Below the pieces are notes generated by a model. It was not told the DNA's origin, made no database searches, and saw only the letters and a program-made list of their open reading frames with translations. DNA of 50,301 nucleotides, taken from NCBI GenBank assembly GCA_015521565.1, contig WANX01000132.1, positions 1-50,301 of the forward strand. The letters are read 5' to 3'. This document shows positions 1-7,875 of this stretch, piece after piece. Positions within the stretch are counted from its first letter, which is position 1. Each line of letters begins with the position of its first letter. The translations under genes were made by a program, and so were the position numbers. This DNA is from Candidatus Hydrothermarchaeota archaeon. GTDB lineage: Archaea > Hydrothermarchaeota > Hydrothermarchaeia > Hydrothermarchaeales > BMS3B.

Positions 1-48
1 CACCTTCTTTCTGCTCGCATTTCCAACTATCTTCGCAGTCCTCAGGGT

Positions 49-403
49 TTAATTTAAAAGGGTGTCGGGGCTTTTAAACCTTTCCCCGGGCGCGAGCACT
101 GTGCCCGTGGCGGAGCACTTCAGCTTCGCCTTAGCCCACAATACCTCATCCCGGAGGTTCTCTGGATGCTTAGCATAAGGCTTCCTCCCGGGTTTTTTGA
201 GTACAGGAACCTCACCAGTCTCCCTGTAGTGCTTAACCAGCAGCTGAACCCTGCGCCGGGTAACTCCAAACTGCCTCGCCACAAACCCCGTACTGAGACC
301 ATAGTCAACCACCCGCTTTACTATCCTCTCTACATCATCCTGAGTCAGCTTCATCAAAGGCTCGTGCCTAATACCGCACAAGCGAAATGTTTTGCAGATA
401 ACA
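49..403 (-). mobile_element. Truncated IS481-family (ISA0963-like) insertion sequence remnant: left terminal repeat plus N-terminal HTH part of the transposase
   Basis: ORF from ATG 354 (MKLTQDDVERIVKRVVDYGLSTGFVARQFGVTRRRVQLLVKHYRETGEVPVLKKPGRKP) resembles the HTH start of archaeal IS481 transposases. It stops after ~100 aa with no DDE domain. The minus strand at 403 begins TGTTATCTGCAAAACATTTCGC, matching the 5'-TGT end typical of IS481. Confidence 0.7.
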
Positions 404-460
404 CACACAACCCCTTAAGCACCGTAAAATTTATATATCCGTAGTGCATCATGAATGAAT

Positions 461-540
461 GCCCTTGGAGTGTTAGGAACTGCTTTTTCTTCTAATCTCC
501 AAGGGCCCCCCTCCCCAACACCTCCCTCCCCTTTTTATTA
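461..540 (+). ncRNA. Candidate small RNA (hairpin, anti-SD tract, U-tract)
   Basis: TATA-like TTTATATA at ~430-437. Perfect 10-bp stem GCCCTTGGAG (461-470) / CTCCAAGGGC (497-506). C-rich tract containing CACCTCC, then CCCCTTTTT. Confidence 0.35.
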
Positions 541-681
541 TGCCTGATGCCGGTTTTGCGCCGCTGCAGAATTTTCCGCCCCCATACCTGTTTCACCACA
601 TCCATCACAGGCACAACTTCACATCACATGCAGAAGGTTTAATTAGCACCTCTTACAAAGTGGCTGGCAGGGGGTGAGAAG

Positions 682-1317
682 ATGAGGAAGACTGTTTTCG
701 GCGAAGTTGAGATTGTGTGGTTCGGACACGCAAGCTTCATGCTCGCGTGCGATACGGGCCTGGTATACATTGACCCGTATCTGCTGCCTCAGTCACCGGA
801 AAAGGCGGATATAGTGGTAATGACCCACGAGCATGCGGACCACTGTGCCGCTGAAAATGCCTCCAGAATCTCCAGGAATTCAACCATAACACTTACCACA
901 CCTGCGTGCGCGGTTCGCTGCTCTGGCGATGTTCGCACCATCAGGGCCGGCGACGTCGTGGAGGAAGGTGGCATAAAGGTTGAGGCTGTGGAGGCGTACA
1001 ACAGGAACAAGCCCTTTCATCCGCGCGGTCTGGGCTTCGGAGCTGTTGTGGAAATGCAGAAGGTGAGGATATATCATGCCGGCGATACAGACCTCATACC
1101 TGAGATGAAGGGTCTCAATGTACACGTAGCCTTGCTCCCCATTGGAGGCCACTACACCATGGATGAGCGGGAGGCCGCAGAGGCGGCTCTGACCATAAAG
1201 CCCAGAGTTGTTATACCCATGCACTACAACCACATTCCGGGAACAGAGGCGGATCCGGAACTCTTCCGCAGGCTGGTTGAAAACAGGGCTGGCGATATAG
1301 AAGTGCGCATCCTTTAG
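682..1317 (+). CDS. Metallo-beta-lactamase-fold hydrolase (UPF0173/UlaG-like)
   Basis: WFGHASF, IDPY, THEHADH, YHAGDT and VIPMHY motifs; RBS GGGGTGA. Confidence 0.9.
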   Translation: MRKTVFGEVEIVWFGHASFMLACDTGLVYIDPYLLPQSPEKADIVVMTHEHADHCAAENASRISRNSTITLTTPACAVRCSGDVRTIRAGDVVEEGGIKVEAVEAYNRNKPFHPRGLGFGAVVEMQKVRIYHAGDTDLIPEMKGLNVHVALLPIGGHYTMDEREAAEAALTIKPRVVIPMHYNHIPGTEADPELFRRLVENRAGDIEVRIL

Positions 1318-1649
1318 TCTGACTTATCGCCCAGTATCTCCCGCTTCATCTCGAGGTACTCTTCCCTGGTTATCTCCCCCCTTGCAAGGCGTCTGTTAAG
1401 GATGTCTATGGCGCTCTCCTGCTTCTCCTCACGTCCGGTGAGGAGCAGATAAAAAAACGCCAGCACAAGCACCCAGAAGGCTATGCCAAAGATGCTGAAT
1501 CCGTATCCAAAAGCGTAGCGTCTGTGCATTTCCATCATACCCCCCCACGCCTGACAAATCCCCCAGGGGTGTCCCGTCTCATACAGCAGGGTGAGCAGCA
1601 GCAGGAAGCCCAGTATCCCGAAGGTTATGTAGCCCAGGTACCTCTTCAT
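1314..1649 (-). CDS. SHOCT-domain membrane protein
   Basis: Two hydrophobic segments with a WGGMM linker; C-terminal AIDILNRRLARGEITREEYLEMK. Confidence 0.8.
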   Translation of the reverse strand: MKRYLGYITFGILGFLLLLTLLYETGHPWGICQAWGGMMEMHRRYAFGYGFSIFGIAFWVLVLAFFYLLLTGREEKQESAIDILNRRLARGEITREEYLEMKREILGDKSD

Positions 1650-1720
1650 CAGACAGTCACCATCTATAACTTCTCCTGTCTGCCTTAATACTCTTTCTCA
1701 GAAAAATAAAAAGGGAACGG

Positions 1721-2098
1721 CTACCAGCCATAGCCCATCATGGGGCAGTGGTAGTAGCCGTAGCCGGGCACAGGGGCCGTCTGATTGCCAGCCACCCCGA
1801 ACTTCTGCAGCAGTTTGAGCACCTCTGCACGAATCTCCCAGGGCGGCGCACCCTTCTGCTGCAGCTCACGCACTCTGTCCTGCAGCTCCGCCATCTGCTC
1901 CTCGCTGAGCCCATTTCCGTAGTATCCCCAGCCGTAGTATATCCACGGCGGAAGGGGTGCATATCCCATGCCCATGGGGCCCATCACGGGTGCACCGTAC
2001 CCCCACCCGGGATATCCCCAGCCGCCGTGGGCACTCCCTGTGCCGACCAGAAGCAGCACCACAATTGCAGCAACCGCAACCTTGGCCTTCATTTCCAT
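1721..2098 (-). CDS. Secreted Gly/Tyr/Met/Pro-rich small protein
   Basis: Signal peptide MEMKAKVAVAAIVVLLLVGTGSA; GWGY/GPMGMG repeats; central helix; C-terminal HCPMMGYGW. Start reassigned to ATG 2098. Confidence 0.65.
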   Translation of the reverse strand: MEMKAKVAVAAIVVLLLVGTGSAHGGWGYPGWGYGAPVMGPMGMGYAPLPPWIYYGWGYYGNGLSEEQMAELQDRVRELQQKGAPPWEIRAEVLKLLQKFGVAGNQTAPVPGYGYYHCPMMGYGW

Positions 2099-2242
2099 CA
2101 CCGTGAATATTCTCATCGCCAGTGCTGGTATAATTTGCCAGAAGAACCGGATACAGATTCTGTGCAACTGTCCGCGTTTGACACCTGAAAACGTCCATAA
2201 TCGTTCAGAACAGACGACTTATGCACAATATGCGCCATGCAC

Positions 2243-2695
2243 CTATTTTTTTATCCAGTCGGCAATAAAAACTTTATATGTCCTTCCAAGCCTTTCTCTC
2301 GTTATAATTCCTTTCTTTTCAAGATTAAGAAGCAGGGCACTAACCTTGGATTTTGAAAATCCTGTACGAAAACGCAGCGAATCCTGTGTAATTCCCTCAT
2401 TTTCTCTGATTATCTCTATCAGCAGCGCCTCGTCGTCGCTAAGGGCACGCTCAAGTATAGCGTAGCTCTTATCCTTTTTCTCCTCCACATCATCCGGTTT
2501 TGCCCACAGGTAGAAGAGCGCACCTGCAGCTATGCCCGCGATAAAGGAAAGGGTGAGCCGGTACCTTAGAAGAGAGATGTCCTCCTCGGTGAGCAGCAGC
2601 GAGGTCAGCGAATCCAGGCCAAAGTAAACTATGAACACCAGCAGGAAGGTTGCCAGAACCCGCTCATTTTCTGTAGCTGGCTTTTTTATTTTCAT
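2243..2695 (-). CDS. Membrane-anchored helix-turn-helix protein (COG2512-like)
   Basis: Two TM helices, then LSDDE..IIRENEGITQDSLRFRTGFSKSKVSALLLNLEKKGIITRERLGRTYKV winged HTH. Confidence 0.8.
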   Translation of the reverse strand: MKIKKPATENERVLATFLLVFIVYFGLDSLTSLLLTEEDISLLRYRLTLSFIAGIAAGALFYLWAKPDDVEEKKDKSYAILERALSDDEALLIEIIRENEGITQDSLRFRTGFSKSKVSALLLNLEKKGIITRERLGRTYKVFIADWIKK

Positions 2696-2731
2696 CCTGC
2701 TACACCTATTTGCGCCGGTCATATAAGAAGC

Positions 2732-3916
2732 CTATGGCAGAGCCCGCCTTATTATCCCCAGCATCTCCACAGCAAAGGCTGTTACAGAGGCGAGCAGGAG
2801 TGCAGAGCCAAGAAGAGAAGCAGCACCGGCGCCCAGGTACATACCTGAAGCGAGCAGCAGTACACCGGCATTGAAAATGTAGAAAATCCATCTGGAGCGG
2901 CTGGCTGAGAAGAGCTCCTTGAAGGAGGCGGGTGCCCTATCCCTCTCCCTGGGCAGAATTCTGGTCCATGTGAGGGTGGGTATTACATGGTAGAGTCCAC
3001 CTATTGCTGTCTGAACCACAAAGCCCAGAGCAGCAAGATGAGCGTGGAGAAGCGTAAGGTCCCTGCCCGGATACAGCGTCCCCAATATTCCAAGTATCAG
3101 CACCATGAGCAGATAACCCAGCGCTGCAAGAAAGAACCTGGCCTCCACCGGCTCCGACTTCACAGGCACCCGCGAAGGCGCTGTATAGCTCTTCACCATG
3201 TCGTATGTGAAAAGAAGTGCCGCAGCGAGCAGGATTAGCCCCCCCGGAAGAACCAGCTGCCTGAAGCCTGAGAAGCCCAGCACCATGATACCGGCGGCAA
3301 GGAGTGTCCCGTAAAATGTGTAGTCCAGCCAGCGGCGGTTGTAGATGTCCTTAACAACCAGCATGGGCAGCATCCAGGACATGGCGCCGAAAATTATCAG
3401 TGTCACACCCCCCACCAGGGCAAGGTGCGCGTGAGAGGCGCGGTAGCTGTATAGCACGGGGTTTAAGGCTATTAAAAAACCCAGGGTAGCGCCCAGGCTG
3501 AGAAGGACGCTGGAAGCTGCATAAAACTTGAAGGCATAGTTTTCTCCCCTGCGTTCTGCCAGAGTTGCCAGGATGTTGTAGGTGAACAGGTAGAAGCCCA
3601 GGAGCATCAGAAGCGCCCCGATGGAGGCTGCAGCAGCACTCGATGGATAGGTTATGGAGAAGAGTAGAAGTCCGGGATTAAATAGCCAGAAGCTTGCCTC
3701 TGCGGCACGCCTGCTGTGCAGCTCTGTTCCTGAGAGAGTTGGAACCTGCTGGTACATTGTGGCAATTATAACCCCGCATACAAATCCCACCAGGGCAAGG
3801 TGCACATGCACCGGTGTGGCGACAGGAAATCCCAGCAGCCCGGCTATACCCAGGAGTATCCCCAGGACAAGGTACACCAGCGCTGCTGCCAGAAAGCGCA
3901 GGACGATGGCGGACAT
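2732..3916 (-). CDS. Polytopic membrane protein with three HxH motifs (NnrS / heme-copper-oxidase-subunit-I-like)
   Basis: About 12 TM segments arranged as three repeats containing HVHLALVG, HAHLALVG and HAHLAALG. Start reassigned to ATG 3916. Confidence 0.65.
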   Translation of the reverse strand: MSAIVLRFLAAALVYLVLGILLGIAGLLGFPVATPVHVHLALVGFVCGVIIATMYQQVPTLSGTELHSRRAAEASFWLFNPGLLLFSITYPSSAAAASIGALLMLLGFYLFTYNILATLAERRGENYAFKFYAASSVLLSLGATLGFLIALNPVLYSYRASHAHLALVGGVTLIIFGAMSWMLPMLVVKDIYNRRWLDYTFYGTLLAAGIMVLGFSGFRQLVLPGGLILLAAALLFTYDMVKSYTAPSRVPVKSEPVEARFFLAALGYLLMVLILGILGTLYPGRDLTLLHAHLAALGFVVQTAIGGLYHVIPTLTWTRILPRERDRAPASFKELFSASRSRWIFYIFNAGVLLLASGMYLGAGAASLLGSALLLASVTAFAVEMLGIIRRALP

Positions 3917-3921
3917 ATCAA

Positions 3922-4041
3922 CTAACCGTGGATGAGCATTGGCAGACACCGGGTGCATATGTAGTGCTTGTCCTGCCTGTGGTAGTACTTAAGAAGGGGG
4001 ACCTCATCCTCACTTCGCTGGCAGTTTTCACATCTCTTCAT
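3922..4041 (-). CDS. 39-aa CxxC...CxxC zinc/iron-finger microprotein
   Basis: MKRCENCQRSEDEVPLLKYYHRQDKHYICTRCLPMLIHG; RBS GGAGG upstream; lies 5 nt before the next gene. Confidence 0.7.
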   Translation of the reverse strand: MKRCENCQRSEDEVPLLKYYHRQDKHYICTRCLPMLIHG

Positions 4042-4112
4042 GTCAGGAAATAGCCTCCTGCAAAATAAAATATTTTTTGCGAACATGTTCAAAAAAGAAA
4101 AAAGATTGGAGC

Positions 4113-5600
4113 TCAGGATCTCCTCCTTCTCCTGAGCATCGCATATACCACAAGAGGCACTGCAGCCAGTGCTGCCACAGATGTGGGACCGCACACGCCC
4201 TTCTGCTTCTCCAGCTTTGCGACGCGCTCCTCAAGCTCCTTCTTCTCCCGCTCCATCTGCAGCCACTCTTCCATCATGTTCAGCTTGTCCATCAGTGTAT
4301 CTACAGCACCGTTCCACTGAGTCCAGTCAGGGCCCATCATACTGGCACCCATCCTCCATCTGCGGCCATCGTGGTGCCAGATGTAGTAGTACATTATCTC
4401 TGGAATCTCATCGATCGGGTTGGACTTGTCGATGAGACCCTCCTCGTAGGCGGTATTCAGGAGCTTTTCGGCGTAGTCGTAGACGGTGTTGTAGTCGCTC
4501 ACAACCTTGTCGAAGCTCTCGAAGTAGCCATCCACCCAGTCGCTGGCGTGGCACACTCTGCACACCTTCTTCATCTCTGCTCTGCCCTTCTTTGCCTGCT
4601 CCTCATCGGGCTTCTGCTCTCCCAGTGGCACCTTGCTGGCATCGTCCCACTGAGGCGTGGACCTCTTTGGCTGCAGCTCCCAGTACAGCCTCGCCCCAAC
4701 GTCGTGGGTGCTCTCAACCACACCGCCGAAGCCGGACATGTGGCAGGTGGCGCAGGTGGGTGCGGCTATGTCCTCCGGTCCCCACTGGCCAGGTGGTACG
4801 TCCCAGTTCCAGCTGTCGCCGCTGCTCTCATATATGTTTCCGTGCTTGCTCTCCTTGTATATCTCTATCTGCGGATGGTCTGGACCCACGTGGCACTGGC
4901 CGCAGGTCTCCGGCTTGCGCGCCTCTGCTATGCTGAACCTGTGTCTGGTGTGACAGGCGGTGCAGGAGCCCATGCTACCGTCGGGATTAATCCTGCCTAT
5001 GCCGTTGTTGGGCCACCCGTCCACCAGCTTCCCGTCCCTGGCAATCACATAGCTGCCGTGGCACTGCATGCAGCCCAGCACCTGGTTCTCCTGATTGTAC
5101 TTCTCATCCTCCAGCAGGCCGATGCGCTTCAGGGCTCCGCTGTCTGGATAGAGGGGTGTGAGCCGTCCCCTTATGAAGTCCCTGGGATTGTTCTCCATGG
5201 CAGTCTCCTGCTTCAGCGGGTCCTTGCCCTGCTTGACCATCTCCTGGTACCATGGCTTCAGCGGACCTATGAAAGCCGCCCAGGCGTGCTTGCTCCTTGA
5301 GAACTCCTCCACCTGCTTGGGGTGGCAGCTCTCGCAGTACCTGGGCGAAACCACGGCTGTCACCCTGTAGCCAAAGTGGTCAAACCCCGAGGGGTCGTCC
5401 TCCTTTGCCTGGTGGCACACGTAGCACTTTACACCCACCTTGCTGTGCTTGCTCTCCTCCCACTGTTTTACTATACCAGGCGTTACCGTATCGTGACAGC
5501 TCAGGCATGGAGCACCCGGTTCTTTGAATTCCTGTGCCTTAACTGTGCTGAGCAACATCGCTGCAGCTATTGCAAAAATTAAGAGATGCTTTAACCTCAT
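4113..5600 (-). CDS. hao: Octaheme cytochrome c, hydroxylamine oxidoreductase (HAO) family, probably reductive (epsilon-Hao/OCC-like), with CGP-CTERM-like anchor
   Basis: Sec signal peptide. Eight CxxCH motifs (CLSCH, CYVCH, CESCH, CMQCH, CTACH, CGQCH, CATCH, CRVCH). HAO motifs WPNNGIGRINPDGS, GPDHPQIEIYKESKHG and WHHDGRRWRMGASMMGPDWTQWNG. Tail VCGP-TM-RRRRRS. Confidence 0.88.
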   Translation of the reverse strand: MRLKHLLIFAIAAAMLLSTVKAQEFKEPGAPCLSCHDTVTPGIVKQWEESKHSKVGVKCYVCHQAKEDDPSGFDHFGYRVTAVVSPRYCESCHPKQVEEFSRSKHAWAAFIGPLKPWYQEMVKQGKDPLKQETAMENNPRDFIRGRLTPLYPDSGALKRIGLLEDEKYNQENQVLGCMQCHGSYVIARDGKLVDGWPNNGIGRINPDGSMGSCTACHTRHRFSIAEARKPETCGQCHVGPDHPQIEIYKESKHGNIYESSGDSWNWDVPPGQWGPEDIAAPTCATCHMSGFGGVVESTHDVGARLYWELQPKRSTPQWDDASKVPLGEQKPDEEQAKKGRAEMKKVCRVCHASDWVDGYFESFDKVVSDYNTVYDYAEKLLNTAYEEGLIDKSNPIDEIPEIMYYYIWHHDGRRWRMGASMMGPDWTQWNGAVDTLMDKLNMMEEWLQMEREKKELEERVAKLEKQKGVCGPTSVAALAAVPLVVYAMLRRRRRS

Positions 5601-5692
5601 ATTCTCACCCAGTTAACAATCTCCTAATTCATATATTAAAAAGGTTTTTTTAAAAAGTCATTTAAATAAAGAAAGGGGTGTTAAAATTTAGT

Positions 5693-6793
5693 TTAGATGG
5701 ATACATGTGCATAGCGCCTCAATTCCGGCAGGGGTGAAGAAGCAGCGTACACTGTTCCTGCGCAGGTCTCAACATCCTCATGCCGGTGCACCAGCCTCAC
5801 GGCAGGTTCCCACCCATCACCGCGGCACGTGAGAAGTGCACCGTCTATGAATCCGGAATTTAAAGAAAACTTAATCAGCGCTGTAACAGCACCACCGTCC
5901 TGTCCCGCAGAATCCGCGGTGGAGCGCGCGCCCACTATTCGCCTGAACCTCCCCAGGTACTCCGCCCTCTGTCCGTCCCGGAACAGCGTGTCCTCGAGCA
6001 GTCTTAAGGGAAGCGCTGTTCTGGTGCATGCGGCGTAGCAGAGCTCACAACCCGCCGGGCACCTCCCATTAAGCCTGGGAAGTCCGTTTATCATCTGTAT
6101 CTGTCCGCACACCGCTGCACATGCGCCACAGGCATCGCACACACCCGTGGCCACTATCTCGCGCCACAGCTCCGCGTACCCCTTTCCGCTGGCTAACCGC
6201 AGCACCTGCTGCATGTCCTCCAGATTCCGGGTAGAGTAGTGGGGTACCTCCATCCCCTGCTCAATTCTGGCTTCAATTCTCCTGGCATTCTTCTCCACCT
6301 TGGACCCCGCAACCCGGCTCAGCTCCTCCACGCCATCCTCCAGCTCTATCAGCTCGACAGCACCCTCATCTACCGCCTCATTAAGCAGGATTTCTCCGGT
6401 GCGTGTTCTAACAATCAGGGTGCTCCATCCAGGAGGCGAGCCGGCGCTTCCGGCACTGATATCGGAAAGCTCTGAGGTGAAGTCCACACACAGCCTGCAT
6501 GCCATCCTCGTGTACCTCCTCAGCTCCCTCAGCGGCAGCACCATCTGCATCCTCTTCATTCTCAGTTTCACCACGCCTCCGGAAATCTCCATTCTTGTAA
6601 CCTCAGCAGCGCTTACGCCGTGCTTCTCCAGAAAACCACGCATGCAGGCGTAACTCCAGTTGCCAGTGCAGAACAGCCCAAGCACCAGCTCCACCCTCCC
6701 TATCCACTCTCTCCCGGTGGCTGCCTGCAACGCCTGCAGCTTTCGCAGCCCCTGCACCTGGCATGGAGTTCCCACAAATCCGAGCCTTCTCAC
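5693..6793 (-). CDS. Circularly permuted F420H2 dehydrogenase/FrhB-family subunit (FrhB_C, 2x[4Fe-4S], FrhB_N)
   Basis: Starts with GFVGTPCQ..LGLFC..CRLCVDFTSELSDISAG..GWSTLIVRT (FrhB C-domain). Then CDACGACAAVC...CPAGCELCYAAC (ferredoxin). Ends with QDGGAVTAL..IDGAL..WEP..AGTVY (FrhB N-domain). GTG start overlaps the napD stop, with RBS GAGGTGGA. Confidence 0.85.
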   Translation of the reverse strand: MRRLGFVGTPCQVQGLRKLQALQAATGREWIGRVELVLGLFCTGNWSYACMRGFLEKHGVSAAEVTRMEISGGVVKLRMKRMQMVLPLRELRRYTRMACRLCVDFTSELSDISAGSAGSPPGWSTLIVRTRTGEILLNEAVDEGAVELIELEDGVEELSRVAGSKVEKNARRIEARIEQGMEVPHYSTRNLEDMQQVLRLASGKGYAELWREIVATGVCDACGACAAVCGQIQMINGLPRLNGRCPAGCELCYAACTRTALPLRLLEDTLFRDGQRAEYLGRFRRIVGARSTADSAGQDGGAVTALIKFSLNSGFIDGALLTCRGDGWEPAVRLVHRHEDVETCAGTVYAASSPLPELRRYAHVSI

Positions 6794-7026
6794 TCCACCT
6801 CGTCCTCCACGTTCAGATACACCAGCTGGAAGTCCACAACATCCTCCCAGTTTTCTATCCTCTCAGACAGTTTTTTCAGCTCCTTTGTGGTTCTGCCCTC
6901 CATAACCACTGCTATTCCCTTTGCACCCCTGCCCTTGACCTCCACCCCCGGAAGACTCCGGAGGCTCCTCTCAACCTCCTCCTCCCTGCCCGGCACGGGC
7001 ACAACAACTGCTCCGGATATCGGCAA
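6790..7026 (-). CDS. napD: NapD chaperone for periplasmic nitrate reductase
   Basis: TTG start after GGAGGTGA; (M)PISGAVV...LPGVEV...GIAVVMEG...VVDFQLVYLNVE is the NapD pattern. Confidence 0.85.
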   Translation of the reverse strand: MPISGAVVVPVPGREEEVERSLRSLPGVEVKGRGAKGIAVVMEGRTTKELKKLSERIENWEDVVDFQLVYLNVEDEVE

Positions 7027-7031
7027 GTGCT

Positions 7032-7874
7032 TCACCTCCTGATTCTGTAATACAGGGCGCCGGAGGGACATGCATCCCTGCACAGCCCACAATTATCACA
7101 GTCTTTATCGTTGTAATCTTTATCTATACCCAGCTCAACAGGGCGCAGACCGTAGGGGCATACGCGATTGCATTCACCACAGAAGATGCATCTCTCCACC
7201 TTTTTGCCAATTCGCAGCAAACGCTTTGCCCCCAGCGCTGAGAGGAATCCTCCCGCAGGGCACAGAGAGCGGCACCACACCCGCCTCGCTGCCAGCGTGT
7301 CTACCGTTAGCACACCCGCAAGCAGGAGCAGCCCACCGGTGCTCAGGGTACCGTACGTCAGGAGGTAGAAGAGCTCCCTGCCCACAACATGGGGCAGATC
7401 AAAGGCGGAAACAACCGGAGTTGCGAAGAGCAGCGTGAGCAGCAGAGAGAAAACAAGCAGCTGGTAGCGGTGGTCTCCCGCTATGAGCACCAGTCTCCTG
7501 CGCATCCACAGACGCCCCCTCAGCCGCTGGGTGAGCTCCAGGAGAAACCCCGCCGGGCACAGCCAGGAGCAGAATACCCGGCCCATCAGAAGGGTAACCA
7601 GCAGCGGTAAAAGAGCACTGAGAATCAGCGGCAGGTACAAAACCCTGGATGCCAGTACCGCTTCAAGCGCTGCCAGCGGATGGGTGATGCTCACTCCATA
7701 GAAGCTGAAGCTCCATGTATCACCCCATACCCTGGACACCCTCGGGGTTGGAAGCTCGCCCATAGCTATTCTTGAGGGTGCCCATTCTATGGGATTCTGA
7801 GAGTACATGGGCACGGCTATGAGCACCCCGAGCACCAGTAGCTGGAAAATCCGCCTCGCATGCTCTGCCTTCAT
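7032..7874 (-). CDS. napH: NapH/MauN membrane quinol dehydrogenase subunit
   Basis: TM segments; GRVFCSWLCP and WCRSLCP CxxxCP motifs; two C-terminal CxxCxxCxxxCP clusters. Start ATG 7874. Confidence 0.9.
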   Translation of the reverse strand: MKAEHARRIFQLLVLGVLIAVPMYSQNPIEWAPSRIAMGELPTPRVSRVWGDTWSFSFYGVSITHPLAALEAVLASRVLYLPLILSALLPLLVTLLMGRVFCSWLCPAGFLLELTQRLRGRLWMRRRLVLIAGDHRYQLLVFSLLLTLLFATPVVSAFDLPHVVGRELFYLLTYGTLSTGGLLLLAGVLTVDTLAARRVWCRSLCPAGGFLSALGAKRLLRIGKKVERCIFCGECNRVCPYGLRPVELGIDKDYNDKDCDNCGLCRDACPSGALYYRIRR

Positions 7875-7875
7875 A

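Noticed and set aside
4077-5300. 407-aa plus-strand ORF, and similar long ORFs at 9383-10429, 23402-24271, 26150-27448 and 35814-37103
   Set aside because: These are antisense shadows of well-supported genes in GC-rich coding DNA and have no recognisable motifs.
4113-5600. Evidence for ammonia oxidation or anammox
   Set aside because: No amo or hzs genes are present, the cross-link Tyr is apparently absent, and the context is reductive (nap).
5693-6793. Reading the gene as a pseudogene or fused fragments of two frhB genes
   Set aside because: It is one uninterrupted frame with an RBS and coupled start, and each domain occurs exactly once with complementary ends.
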